From contig JBHGNT010000003.1 in the NCBI GenBank assembly GCA_043228905.1, forward strand, positions 11,532,001 through 11,596,000: a stretch of 64,000 nucleotides of DNA, given 5' to 3'. This document shows positions 11,269 through 23,664 of this stretch, piece after piece (within the stretch, counting starts at the first letter, position 1; every line of letters starts with the position of its first letter). Made by a program: the position numbers and the translations under genes. The DNA is from Azolla caroliniana. Taxonomy: Eukaryota > Plantae > Polypodiophyta. The notes under the pieces were generated by a model. That model searched no databases and was not told where the DNA came from. It saw only the letters and a program-made list of their open reading frames with translations.

Positions 11269-11949
11269 TTGCTTTCCGATTTTATGGAAAAAAATGAGAA
11301 AGATTCTAAAGATTGTTTGGAGGAGGATGTTGTAGAGGTGGTGATGGAGACCAAGTCTATGTTTGCAACTTTTGACAAGTTCTATGATCGTGGTGTTATT
11401 TTGTATTTCACTAGCAAACTTCCTTTGGTATCATGGATTAAGCAATGGTTGAATTCATTCATAATGCCTAATTGTGTTGATGATGTCTATGTGGGTCCAA
11501 GAGGTTTCTATGATGTAGTTTTTCGATCATTAGAACACCGTACGCCCTTGGTGGCAAAGGTACCAATCTCTTTTGATAGAATATTAGTGCATGTGATAGA
11601 ATGTGTTCCTGTGGTGGATTATAAACATTTTTTAAAACAACAATGTCCAATTTGGGTGACCGTTGATTGCAGTAACTCATTCTTTTGGGATTTACTACCA
11701 GGATTGATGTCTCAAATTGGTAAAGCTTTAGTTGCTCCTCATGTTAACTCGTTGAACAAATGTAGATTTTGCATGTTATGGGATACTACAACTTATAAAC
11801 TTCCAGGATGGTTGAGTATAGATACATCTCCATTTGGTCGATTTCATTTTAAGCTTCAATGGGAGACTTTTGTAGGACATTGTTTTAAATGTGGTAAATT
11901 GGGGCATTTTATGGTTGAATGCCAATATCATGGTGAACTATCCCCATAA
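11269..11949 (+). pseudogene. L1-like LINE ORF1 remnant with zinc knuckle
   Basis: RGFYDVVF..PIWV..CFKCGKLGHFMVEC, located upstream of endonuclease and RT remnants. Confidence 0.75.
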
Positions 11950-13891
11950 AATAATGTCAAAGGGAAAAATAAGGAAGATGTTGAGAAGGATATTGTCTCA
12001 ATGGTTGATATGGTCATGGATGAGGGAACATCTCATGGGTTAGAGCAAGATCCTAAAGTTCATGGTCATTTTACTCTTGTTGGGGAGGAGAATGGAGTAT
12101 GCATTAATGATGACCCAGATGTGAAGATGGAGAGTGGCATCAAGTGAAGCATAAGATAAAAAGGAAGGGTGTTGCCATACAAAGGGACACAAAAAATACT
12201 AATGCTAAGACATTACCAAAAAATAATTTGAGATTGAATGAGGGGTTTAAGAAAAATCCTTCGCAAAAACAATTGTGAAATCAGAGATTGTCCAACCAAT
12301 TAAAATTCGATTCTTCAGGAAGGGTGGCACGACCTCAATTAAATCAAGGAATTTGTTTTCGTGGGCCTAGACAACAAAACCCTAATATGTTGGAGGGGAT
12401 GTAGTACACAAAAATCCTTATGCAACTCCTGAACAAGTAGTTAGTACATTCATCAATACACTTGCACATAAAGATCAAGTTCTTACTAAAGGTGTTAAAT
12501 GAAAGTGGTATCATGGAATGTGCGAGGGCATCTTCTCCTCATAAGAAATATATATTATGGAAACCTTTATTCGATAAAGAAGGGGATGTTTTATGTGCCA
12601 TTCAACATAACTGTCATGATTTAGCAAGATCTGTGTTACATTTGCATGGATATTCCGCATATTATGCAAGATAGTTATCACATCATTACTCAGGGGTTTT
12701 CATGATTATTTGTGATTTATTTTGTCCACATATAGTCTATAATGATCCATATGGACATTCTTTGATGATGGAAGTCAAGTATTTTGAGGATTTGATATGG
12801 TTGGTAGGAATCTATGCACCCAATAATGCTAATCAACGCATTGAGTTATGGTCTTCAATATATCCATGGTTATTAGTTGGCCGTGTTGGTTTGTTAATGG
12901 CTGGTTTTAATATGTGTGTTGATGCTTCACAATCTACTTCACGATTCTCATTGATGGATTCTCCTGAGCAAGCAGTTTGGGACAATTTGGCATCAGAGGT
13001 TTTGAAGTTAGATGTATGGAAATGGTTGCATCAAGATGAGGTTGGGTTTACATTTTAGTCTATTCAATATAAGGAAACATGGAGTAGGTTAGATAGAATG
13101 TATGTTATGCATGATGAGTCTTTTTTGCCAAAGATGCTTAATATGTCAATTATACAAGAGGTTGTCACATTGGATCATTTTCCCATATGTTTTGAGTTTA
13201 ATAAACGTGGGGTAGATATGTACAAAACATTGCTTGATCGAGTTCCTTTGAGGTTTAATTCTTCTTTATTATTACATTCCTTATTTGATGCCTATATGCA
13301 ACAAATTTTTGGCATGTTTTCAAAACAAGTTATTTCAAAAGGATGGTATGCATGGGATACAACACTACAAAACATCAATGATATTCATCGTATGTATGGT
13401 ATGACTAATGCTAAAAGACGTAAGAAATTGATGGATAAGTTTTCATATATTCTTACGCGATGCAATGTATTATTGATGAATAATCCGCATGATGAAAAGC
13501 TTTTGGATGTTCAAGTTCAAGTATAGGACATTGTGAAGAATTTGTCTTGTCAAAGTTATCAATAGACAAGACTACGTCAATTAAAGGAGGGATTTATAGA
13601 TCATCAATCACAATCTCATATGTTTTTTCAAGGATTAAAACCACCATATGGTCATTCAAATGTGGTACAAATTAAGATAAGGGATGACATTGTTATAGAC
13701 CCAATATAGGTTATTGAGTTATGTATTACTCATTTTAAGGATTTGATTGGGCTAGAGTTGATTATTAATGAGGATGTGTTGAAAGCACGACAAGAGTTTT
13801 ATAATGTAATTGGGAGTGTCATGAATACAAATATTTGTCAAGAATTGGATGCTGATTTTGATGAAGTTGAGGTGGAAAAGGTATTGTTACA

Positions 13892-14326
13892 TGTTACCCG
13901 GACATGTATGGATGCATCGAAGTCAGAAACATGTTCGGAGTCGGAGTCGGATCGACAGTTCGGATCAATGACTCAGCAGATAGCCGAATAGGACATAGTT
14001 AGTTACGAAGTTTCGTAATTCTTGATAATTATAGGAGGTAGGATTTCTTGATGAGAAAAGACCTTCGGGTTACCTATAAAAGGAACCAAAGGCATTGTAA
14101 AAATCTATCATTGTATTTAGTAATATAAAGTTTGGTTAGGAAATCTCTGTGTACGGATTGCTTCTTGCCATCTATTTCTTTCTGTTTAAACTATATTACA
14201 TAAGTCACGATCTCGGTGTCTATTATCACCGATAAGTTTACAGATAATTCGTATCTATTCGTCTATTCGTACCGAACGTTCGTCTTATACTATGTCGACA
14301 AAGTAGTAATTGTCGACCGAACAACA
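13892..14326 (+). repeat. 5' LTR of B
   Basis: TGTTACCCGG...AACAACA, a direct repeat of 26861-27305 with several substitutions and small indels. TATAAAA near 14075. Confidence 0.93.
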
Positions 14327-14337
14327 CAGTATAATTT

Positions 14338-14348
14338 TGGCACGCCCA
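14338..14348 (+). promoter_or_regulatory. Short PBS of B (tRNA-Arg-like)
   Basis: TGGCACGCCCA, 11 nt downstream of the LTR end. It resembles the TGGCACGCCCAGTGGGAC-type PBS (recalled). Confidence 0.6.
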
Positions 14349-14616
14349 ATTACATCTACACATAGTAGAGAACAAGACGAATGGATGTCGTCTAGTCCTA
14401 ATACACCAATCGGTTATAAATGTGCTCGTACGTGTTCTGTTACGAAGACACTAGAGACAGAATCGGCTGAGGGATTATAGCAGGAAACAGGTAGAAGGTG
14501 GTCTGTACTTCATGATTTAACTGATAGCCAGTCTTCCGTCGAAAATCAGCCGAAAGAGGTATCATTTTACGATATCTGGAGTGAGGACAATATGCCTTAT
14601 CCATACTCGAAGTTCC

Positions 14617-17600
14617 GTGCATCCCCAATATCTGTCTTGACAGGCCCAAGTCTGTCATTGAGAAAGTTCGGTTGAGAGCCTTCTTCAGCATCCGTATTTT
14701 AGCTTGGTCCCATCCGACGATCAACATGTCGTCCACGTACAGAAGGAGTATCAAGAAGTCGCCTCCATCGAACTTCTTCACAAACACGCAGTGATCGGTT
14801 TGCGTTTTGTGATACCCTTGGTTGGTCATGAAGGAGTCGAACTTCCGGTACCCTTGTCAGGGAGCCTGCTTCAGTTCGTACAAGCTCTTCTTCAACCGGC
14901 AAACCAGGTGCTCCTTCCCTTTCTCCACGAATCCTTCTGGTTGTTGCATGTAGATCTCCTCTTCGAGGTCACCGTGAAGGAATGTCGTCTTCATGTCCAA
15001 CTGCTCTACCTTGAGGTCCATGCTTGCCGCTATACTTAACATCGTCCGGATGGAAGTCATGTTTACTACCGGGGAAAATATCTCGTCGAAGTCCACGCCC
15101 TTCTTCTGCTAGAACCTCTTCACCACGATCCTGGCTTTGTATCTCGGGGGGTTGCCGGCATCTCCCGGTTTCAACTTGTACACCCACTTGTTTCGGAGTG
15201 CCCGCTTTCCTTTCCGCAACTCCACCAATTCATATGTATGGTTCTCATGCAAGGAATCCATCTCATCCTGCATGGCACTTAACCATTTGCGGCGATGGGC
15301 GTCACTTTTAGCTTCCTCGAAGCTTTCATGCTCCCCCTCGTCGGTTAGCAACACATGCTCTGGATCCAGAAATCTTCGGGGGGGGTCTTCTCTCTCTGAG
15401 AGGATATCTGTGTCCTTGGGCTTCAGTAACCGGCTCCTCCATTTGCTCTTCATCTGAATCCGATTCGGGGTCTTGTCCGGTTTTGGTTTCACCTATTCCT
15501 TCTTCTTCGGCCGGTTTTGTCTCCTCACCGTCACCGGCTGGTTCATTGAGTGCTATCCGGCTTCTTGCCGGTTGGAACTGCATTTCATCAAATCGAAATT
15601 TTTCCTTACCGGTCAACTCGGAGTTCATTATCTTCTTCTCCGACTCCCAGTCGGCAAGCGTCTTGTCCTCCATGAAGATAATATCTCGACTCCGGAATAC
15701 TTTCTGGTCGATCGGGTTCCACACTCGGTAGCCGAACTCATCGTCGTCGTAACCGAGGAATATGCATGGCCGGGTCTTCGGATCTAACTTTCCTCTCTGG
15801 TCCTTAGCTACATGCACATACGCAAGACACCCAAATACCTTCAGATTCCGGTAGGACAGTTCCTTACTGGTCCAGACTCTCTGCGGCGTGTCTCCATCCA
15901 AGGGTACTGAGGGTGATCTGTTTATCACATATGTCGTCGTTGACAGTGCCTCAACCCAAAACGTCTTGGGTAAATTTGCATGCGCCAGCATACTCCGAAC
16001 CCTCTCCATTATGGTCCGGTTCATCCTCACGGCTAGCCCGTTTAGTTCTGGCGTCTTTGGCACGGTAAATTCAAGCTGGATTCCCTTCGAGCGACAGTAC
16101 TCCTCGAACTGCCCCCGGTATTCTCGTTCGAACCACCTTCAACTTCCGGCTGGTTTGTCTTTCCACTCTCGCATGGAGCTCTTTGAAGACTGATAGCACC
16201 TGATCCTTCGTCTTCAACGGTGTGGCCCACAGCTTCTGGCTGTGGTCATCTATGAACGTCACGAAGTACTATGATCCGGCATGTGACTTCGTGTCCACTT
16301 GACACACATCAGTATGCACCAACTCCAGTGGTGCATTACGTCTCATCGGTGGCCTCGATCGGAAGGAGGTCCAGTTTTGTTTACCGGCCAGACAATCAGT
16401 GCACTTCTCCACAAGTGCATGTTCTTCACTGGAATGAGGTTGTCGTTTGCAAGCCTCTTAATCCCCTTCTCGCTCATGTGACACAACCTGTTATGCCACA
16501 ACTCACTGGTAGTGTCGGATGCCACGTTAACTTCCTCCGGACATAACCGGGCATTCATCAGGTACAGAGTGTTGAATTTCCGAGCCCGAGCCACAATCAA
16601 GCTCCCTTTGTTGAACTTCATAACACCATTCTGGATGCTACCCGTGTAGCCTTCATCATCTAGCCGACCAGCTGATATTAGGTTCAATCGAACCTCCGGA
16701 ACATGTCGAACATCCTTCAGCAGCATCTTGCATCCAGTTGATGTCGTCAACCACACATCTCCTATGCCAACAATTCAGCATGTACCTTCATTCCCCATAC
16801 GAACACGGCCGTGGTCACCAACTGAGAAGGATGAGAAGCATTTTCTATCTGGGGTCAGGTGGAACGACACTCTGGAATCGACCACTAGGTCATCTCGTCT
16901 CCGGCAAGGTTCAGCTCACTCTCCTCGGTGATAAGCATTAGCTCCTCTTCGTTTGCCGCGATTGCCGTCGTTCCTTTCCGGACCTGCCCTCGTCGATCCG
17001 AACCGTTTTGGTCCGATGACTTCTTCGAATCGGTACTGTTGATTTCCTTGTCTTTCCGGAAATGCCGACAAATCTTCTGGAAGTGCCCCGGCTTCCCGCA
17101 GTAGAAGCAAGTAGGCCTCCCTCTTGAGTTTGACCGTGTCCCCGATTTTTCTCAGTTCTGGGGACTCCAATTCCTTTGTCTTCCACGTTCCGATTCGGAA
17201 AGGAGCGCTTTTGAGTCGGGGATTGGTTCCTTGTCCTTCCGACGCGCCTCCTCGTTCAGGATGCTTGTCTTCACCGTCTGCAAAGACAAGTTCTCTTCTT
17301 AGCAGGAGGTGCTGAGAGTAACCACCAAGTTCTCCCAGCTTTCCGACAACATACACATCAGCATGATTGCCTGCATTGCATCATCCAAGGGGAACTTGAT
17401 CACTGCAAGTTGATTTACATACCTCATGAAGGTGCTTACATGTTCAACCATGCTCTCGCCGTCTCTGTATTTCAGGTTTACTATTTTCCTCATCAATGAT
17501 GTTCTGTTGAGCGCATTCTTCCTCTCATAAAGACCCGACAACTTCTGCCACATCTCGTGGGAATTTGTGTCATTCGCCACGTGCTGAAGGACACTTACGT

Positions 17601-18288
17601 CGACACACTGTCGGATAGTGGCCACAACTTTCCTATTCAGAAGCTTCCAATCCGACTCCAATACCCCCTTTGGTATTTCCGATCTGTCGATTGGCTCGTA
17701 CAGGTCTTTTACAATGAGAAGGTCTTCCATCTTAATCTTCCAGTCTCCATAGTTCTGTGAATTTAGAACCATCATACCTGGGAAGCCGCTCCCGCCTCCT
17801 TCCATTTTCTGTGTTGCTCGCTCTGATACCAGTTTGTAGTTCGAATCTAATGGAAGGGGAAAACAGAATACAGAAGCTGAGAATGACACAGATTTTAACG
17901 TGGAAACCCAAACTGGGAAAAAAACCATGTGGAGTCCACAAACTCCGAAACAAAAGACTATGAGAGAAAGGAATAGAATCAAAGATCTCAGAGGCAACGA
18001 CCTCAAGATTTTGCTTCGCCAACAGGCGGCTATGGAGCTCACACGCTTCCACTCACACTCGTTCACTCTCACGGTTACAGAGGCAACAACCTCGTCAACA
18101 GTAACTTTACAATAACGCACATTTCTAACATAATTGCCCTAAGTAACCTTTCGACTATTTAGAAGTTTAGCTCACGAGGGCATATTCAGCCTATTTACAA
18201 ACTTAGCCTTCCGTGTTGGCTATCTCCACGAGTTGCTCATCAACACGATTCTTCTCACTTCCCATCCGGAGGGACCTGTTTCCTAACA
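14617..18288 (-). mobile_element. 3'-truncated Ty1/copia element C nested in B, same family as E
   Basis: LTR at 17835-18288, PBS TGGTATCAGAGC at 17820-17831, gag MEGGGSG.., integrase, and RT LLLYVDDML. It breaks off inside RT. Confidence 0.92.
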
Positions 18289-18333
18289 AGGGATTTCCTG
18301 ACAACATGAGAGATTAACCATGGAGCTCAGATA

Positions 18334-21300
18334 TTGTCGGCAGCAGCCGAAGATAAGTCTAAGATAGTTGAGTTCGTTTTGTCATTGGAGGGTTATTCCA
18401 CTAATTGGTTTGCGCAAAATGGTCTCCGTGGGTTCGAAACATTCGAACAATTGAACATCAAATTTCTGGAGTTATTTCATCGACAAATACGTCAAAAGGA
18501 TTTGATAGCGCAATTTTCTCCGTTGTATCAAGAGCAGTAGGAAACGGTGTCTCAATTCGTGATCCGTTTTTTAATATTTGCAACTTCAAATTTCCAAGCC
18601 TATTCTGGACAATGAATTAAAGGATATATTCCTTGAATCAATTCGTGAACCATTACGAACAACACTGAAAGTGTTTGATTTCCGGAATCAGAATATCGAG
18701 CAAGTAATTGATAAGGCAATCGCTACGGGTCGACCGCCGATTAATGTACGGAGTATGGATATGTCAACACTAAATCGAACACTACCAACGATGGAGGAGT
18801 TAGAATTTCGACAAGCAGTTCAGTGTACTATTTGTTTAAATATCGATCATTCGACGATCGAATGTAGTCTGCGAACACATTGCACAATATGTCATTCTAA
18901 ACTTCATTCCCGGTCAAGCAATGTGAGTATAACTTGCTCAATAAGACGACGGCTCCGGTAAGACAAATTTTTCCAGAAAACGGGTACCACAATAAACACA
19001 ATTCATTCAATAATGGATACCAACAGAATAGTTTTCCACAGAGTCAACAAAATAATTTTCAAACAAATCAAGCCTTTTAGCAAAATAAATTCCAGCAGAA
19101 TCCAGCTTTTCAACAAAATAATTAGTCCTTTCAACAAAGTAATTTTCAACACAATCAAGATTTTCAACAAAATCAAGAATTCTCGGTAACACCGAATATG
19201 AATCAGCAACAGCAAAATGGAGAACGGTTTAAGCAGAACCGGTATAAAAATAAAAAATTCTACAAGCCGAAAGCCTCACGACAGTTTCAGCAATCGCCGA
19301 ATGATGGTCAACAGTTTATGCAAGATGATGGAACTAGTCAGTTTGAGCAAGGCGAGGGAAGTGGAACGTTTGTTCCTACTTGTTATATTTGCCATCAAAT
19401 TGGTCATTATGCTAATTAGTGTCCTGCTAAAGGAAAAGGACCGGCAGTTAATATGGTTATACTGAAAATACAGCAAGTAACCACTAGAAGCAAAAGTAAA
19501 CAATCTAAGTGGGAGATTCAGGAAGCAGTCCAAAAAGCAGCCAAGGAATGGGTAGAGGAAGCAAACAAAAATAATGTAAATCGGATGCTCCAAGACAATA
19601 AAATTAACCAAGTTACCGAATTACCAAGAGTTATTGTTGTACTAGAACAAGAGGAAACTTGGAAGCTCTTGGCAAATTGCCAAGTATCATTACCATTGAC
19701 CGGATTACTTAAGTTGGTCCCTAGATTTACCGAAAAAGTGGCAACATTGATTGCCTAAAAGGGGTCGGAACAAGTATCGGTACACTATAGTCAGCCAAGC
19801 ACCAACCCTTCAATCATGGATGAGCAAAATCCATCAATTAAAGTAATAATTCAAGGTCAGGAAATCGAAAATACGATTATCGATGGGGGCTCAGGAGTGA
19901 ATGTCATTAATAAAACCACCTGTGATAGGTTGGGAATTAATAAATGGGAAGCTTGCCCATTTTCGCTAAGAATGGCGGATACCACTACGGTACGACCAAT
20001 TGGCTTACTCCGCCAATTAGAGGTGGTATTGGGTGGTCATAGTTTTTTGATATCGGCAGTAATACTTCATTTGGAAGCTCCTGGTGCATATCCTTTGTTA
20101 TTAGAGCGACCATGGTTAAAGACTGCTAACATCAAGCAGAATTGGAATCAAAATTAACTTACATTCAGAAAAGGCAAAACGAAAATCCGGGTGTCGACAT
20201 AGAACAAGGTTGCGACAAGAAAACAGTGTTTGCCTGTGTATGTTGAGTCTGTCAATATGATGGAGGGATTAGATGAGGTCGAAGAAAATCAGTATTTTGA
20301 TGATAATCCGAAAATTATTCCTTTGTTCAAAATAGATATTTTACAAGCCTTAACGCCATATGTGGATTCCCAAGAGGAATTGCCAATAGATGAGCAAGCA
20401 ATAAAGGAAATACGACTTCAGCAAGAAGCTACCGATAGAGAGATGAAGGTGTCCCAACAAGTTCAAGCTTCAGCACTGGAGGAAATAAATTTGGCAGAAG
20501 AAGAGTTGAAAACAGTACTCATTGCGAAAGATATGATAGAAGCAGACAAACAAAGGTTAACATCATTATTAAAGCAATATAAGGATGTCTTTGCCTAGTC
20601 TTTTGAAGATATGAAGGGACTGGATACAACTTTTTGTCAACATCAAATCAACCTGCATAAGGATGCAAAGCTAGTTCAACAACGCAGGTACTGATTAAAT
20701 CCTAATTATGCTATTAAAGTAAAAGAAGAAATAGATAAACTTTTGAAGTAGGGTTTATTCGTCTGGTGAAAAAATCGACATGGTTAAGTCCAATCGTCGT
20801 AGTTCCGAAAAAGAATGGCAAGATTCGGGTATGTGTCGACTACCGGAAACTAAATTCGGCTACCGTTATGGATGCGTTTCCATTACCATTTACGGATGGT
20901 ATATTGGATGTGGTAGCTGGCCATGAAGTATATAGTTTCCTAGATGGTTTTAGTGGTTATAATCAGGTTCGGATGAATCCGGAAGATCAAGAAAAGACAG
21001 CTTTTGTTACAGAATGGGGAGTGTTTGTAGCAGTAGTAATGATGTTTGGCTTGAAGACCGCTCCGGCGACATTTCAAAGAGTGATACAGGAAATATTTGG
21101 GAATTACGTTCCTGCCTTTATGCAAGTATTTTTGGATGATTTTGCTGTTTATAGTCAGAAAACCGAACATTTTGAGCATTTACGACTATGTTTGGAGAAA
21201 TGTCGGGAAGGACGGCTTAGTTTAAATCCGGCAAAATGTGCATTCGAGGTAACTAGTGGCACATTATTAGGCCATATTGTCAGTTAAGAAGAAATTGTAG

Positions 21301-23295
21301 TGGACTCTGACAAGGTTAAAGCCATACTGGAAGCACCGGCACCCACAAATGCTAAAGCTCTCAGTCGGTTTTTGGGACAGATTCGATGGCACAGCCGAAT
21401 GATAAGATATCTTGCGGATATCGCCATTCCCTTACATACAACAATACACAAAGTTCCTTTCAGTGGACAAGTGGGGAACAAGATGCATATGATTGTCAAA
21501 AAAAAATGTTGTCCAAAGTTCCAGTCGTTCAACCACCTGACTGGAATAAGCCATTCCATGTTTTTGTCGACGCATCGGACATCGCAATCGGAAAGTGCAT
21601 TAATGCAGTTAACCGAACCGAATTGGTACAGACCAGTTTACTATGCTAGTCGGAAACTCTCAACAGCAAAAAGAAACTACTCTACCACTGAGAGGGAAGC
21701 TTTAGGAATGATCTATAGTGTCAATAAATTTCAACACTATCTTTTGGGGAAAAAGTTTACATTTCATGTTGATCATTCGGCTCTTCTTTATTTGGTCTCG
21801 AAACAAGAATTAACTGGCAAGTTAGCAAGATGGACTCTTCTACTCCAAGAATTCGAATTCGACATTTTACATCGGCTAGGAGTACAACATGTAGTGGTCG
21901 ATTATCTCAGTCGACTGGAGTCAGGAGAAGAAGGCATAGGTGTCAAGGATGATTTTCCGGATGGCCAGCTTTTTCGAGTGGAAGCAGTAAATGCACAGGT
22001 TGTAAATGAAGAAAGTGAGGATGGTTGGATCTCAGAAATGACAATCTTTCTTACAACAGGGTTACCACCCAAGCATCTATCAGCAAACGAAAGAAAAAGG
22101 TTGGCGGTACGGAGTCATAATTTTTGTCTTTTGAACGACACTTTGTATCATAAAGGAGCAGATGGTATTTGGAGAAGAACAACACGACAATTCGAAAAAT
22201 CGGTCATTCTTCGGGAATCGCACTGTGATATTGTAGGAGGACACTATGTTAGAGAAACCACAACAAGAAAAATATGGAACAATGGCTTATGGTGGCTGAT
22301 AGTAATGAAGGATGCACTTGAATATTGTCGAAAATGTGATTTATGCCAACGTATGGGACAACCAACAGAAAAGGACCGGATGCCATTTCAACCTATGTTA
22401 CCTCTTGAACCTTTCCAGAAATGGGGTTTGGATTTTGTAGGCCCATTCAAACCGGCAGCAGTAAGAACAGGCAATAGATATATTATAGTGGCCACTGACT
22501 ACTGTACGAAGTGGGTAGAAGCTAAAGCTCTTAGGAATAATACAACAGCTTCAACAACAAAAAATTTGTACGAAAATTTGTACGAAAGTATATGGTGTCG
22601 ATTCGGCTGCCCAATAGAATTAGTGAGCGATCAAGGTACGCATTTCATTAACAAACTTGTTCATGAATTGTCTACTTGCTATGCAGTGGTTCATAAGAAA
22701 AGCACGCCTTACTATCCACAAGCGAATGGATTGGCAGAGTCGACAAACAAAACCCTACAGACGATACTCATAAAGATAGTAATTGAGAATTGTACAGACT
22801 GGGATCAAAAGTTGCATAGTGTTTTATGGGCATATCGCACGTCATACAAAACATCTATTAAATCAACACCTTTCTGAATGGCTTTTGGATTGGAGGCAGT
22901 TATGCCAATCGAATTCTAGATTCCGACACTCCGAATACAAGCAACCGAAAAAATAAATGAACTACACTCGGAGCAAATTCGGAAAGAATCTTTATTGTTG
23001 TTAGAAGAACATCGAATACAAGTTATGATAGCTTTGGAGCACAAGCAAAGGTAAACAAAGGCGTTTGTAAATCGACACCAACGAAAAACCGAATCTCAAT
23101 TTAGAATCGGGAAACCGGTACTGGTTTTCCAAAACAAGATGGGGGCGATGCCAGGAAAACTTTGGTATAAATGGTGAGATTTTATTAGGAACCCTATCAG
23201 GTGAGATTTTACCAAAATGGGTCAATGGTTTCCGGCTTAAGCCATATCATGGAGGCATGCCGAAAAATCCATTTAAGGCTGAATTAGAAAAGTAA
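18334..23295 (+). pseudogene. gag-pol: gag-pol of B with many stops and frameshifts
   Basis: CTIC..H..C knuckles, IIDGGSGVN protease, [24 protein letters not shown] RNase H and [20 protein letters not shown] integrase. Confidence 0.92.
19010..19190 (+). repeat. Degenerate short tandem repeat (TTTTCAACAAAATAA-like) inside the gag of B
   Basis: About 7-8 imperfect units encoding an F/Q/N-rich stretch between zinc knuckles. Confidence 0.6.
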
Positions 23296-23664
23296 AAAAA
23301 AAAAAGAAAAACTAACTATAGAATATTTTCTTGCCAAATCATAACTAATTGTCACAAAGAGATTCTTGGAGTAATTTCAGAGGCCTATAAGTAAAAGTAG
23401 TGGAGGCATATTTCTATTAGTCATTATTACTATTTCTAGCTATTACTCCACTAGTACACCTAGTCATTACCACATTAATAGTACTTTTATTCCCTAGGCA
23501 TCATGCAAAAAATTAATCTTTTAAAACCTATTTCTGTAATGATTGTTTCACCACAAAGGCAGAAACGCATTCGAGCTCACAGGTTTTCTGATCTTATTCG
23601 CCATAGCCAATAGCGTTTCTCACCACCACCACAGAGTGACGATCTGTCAATCGACGACGACAAC

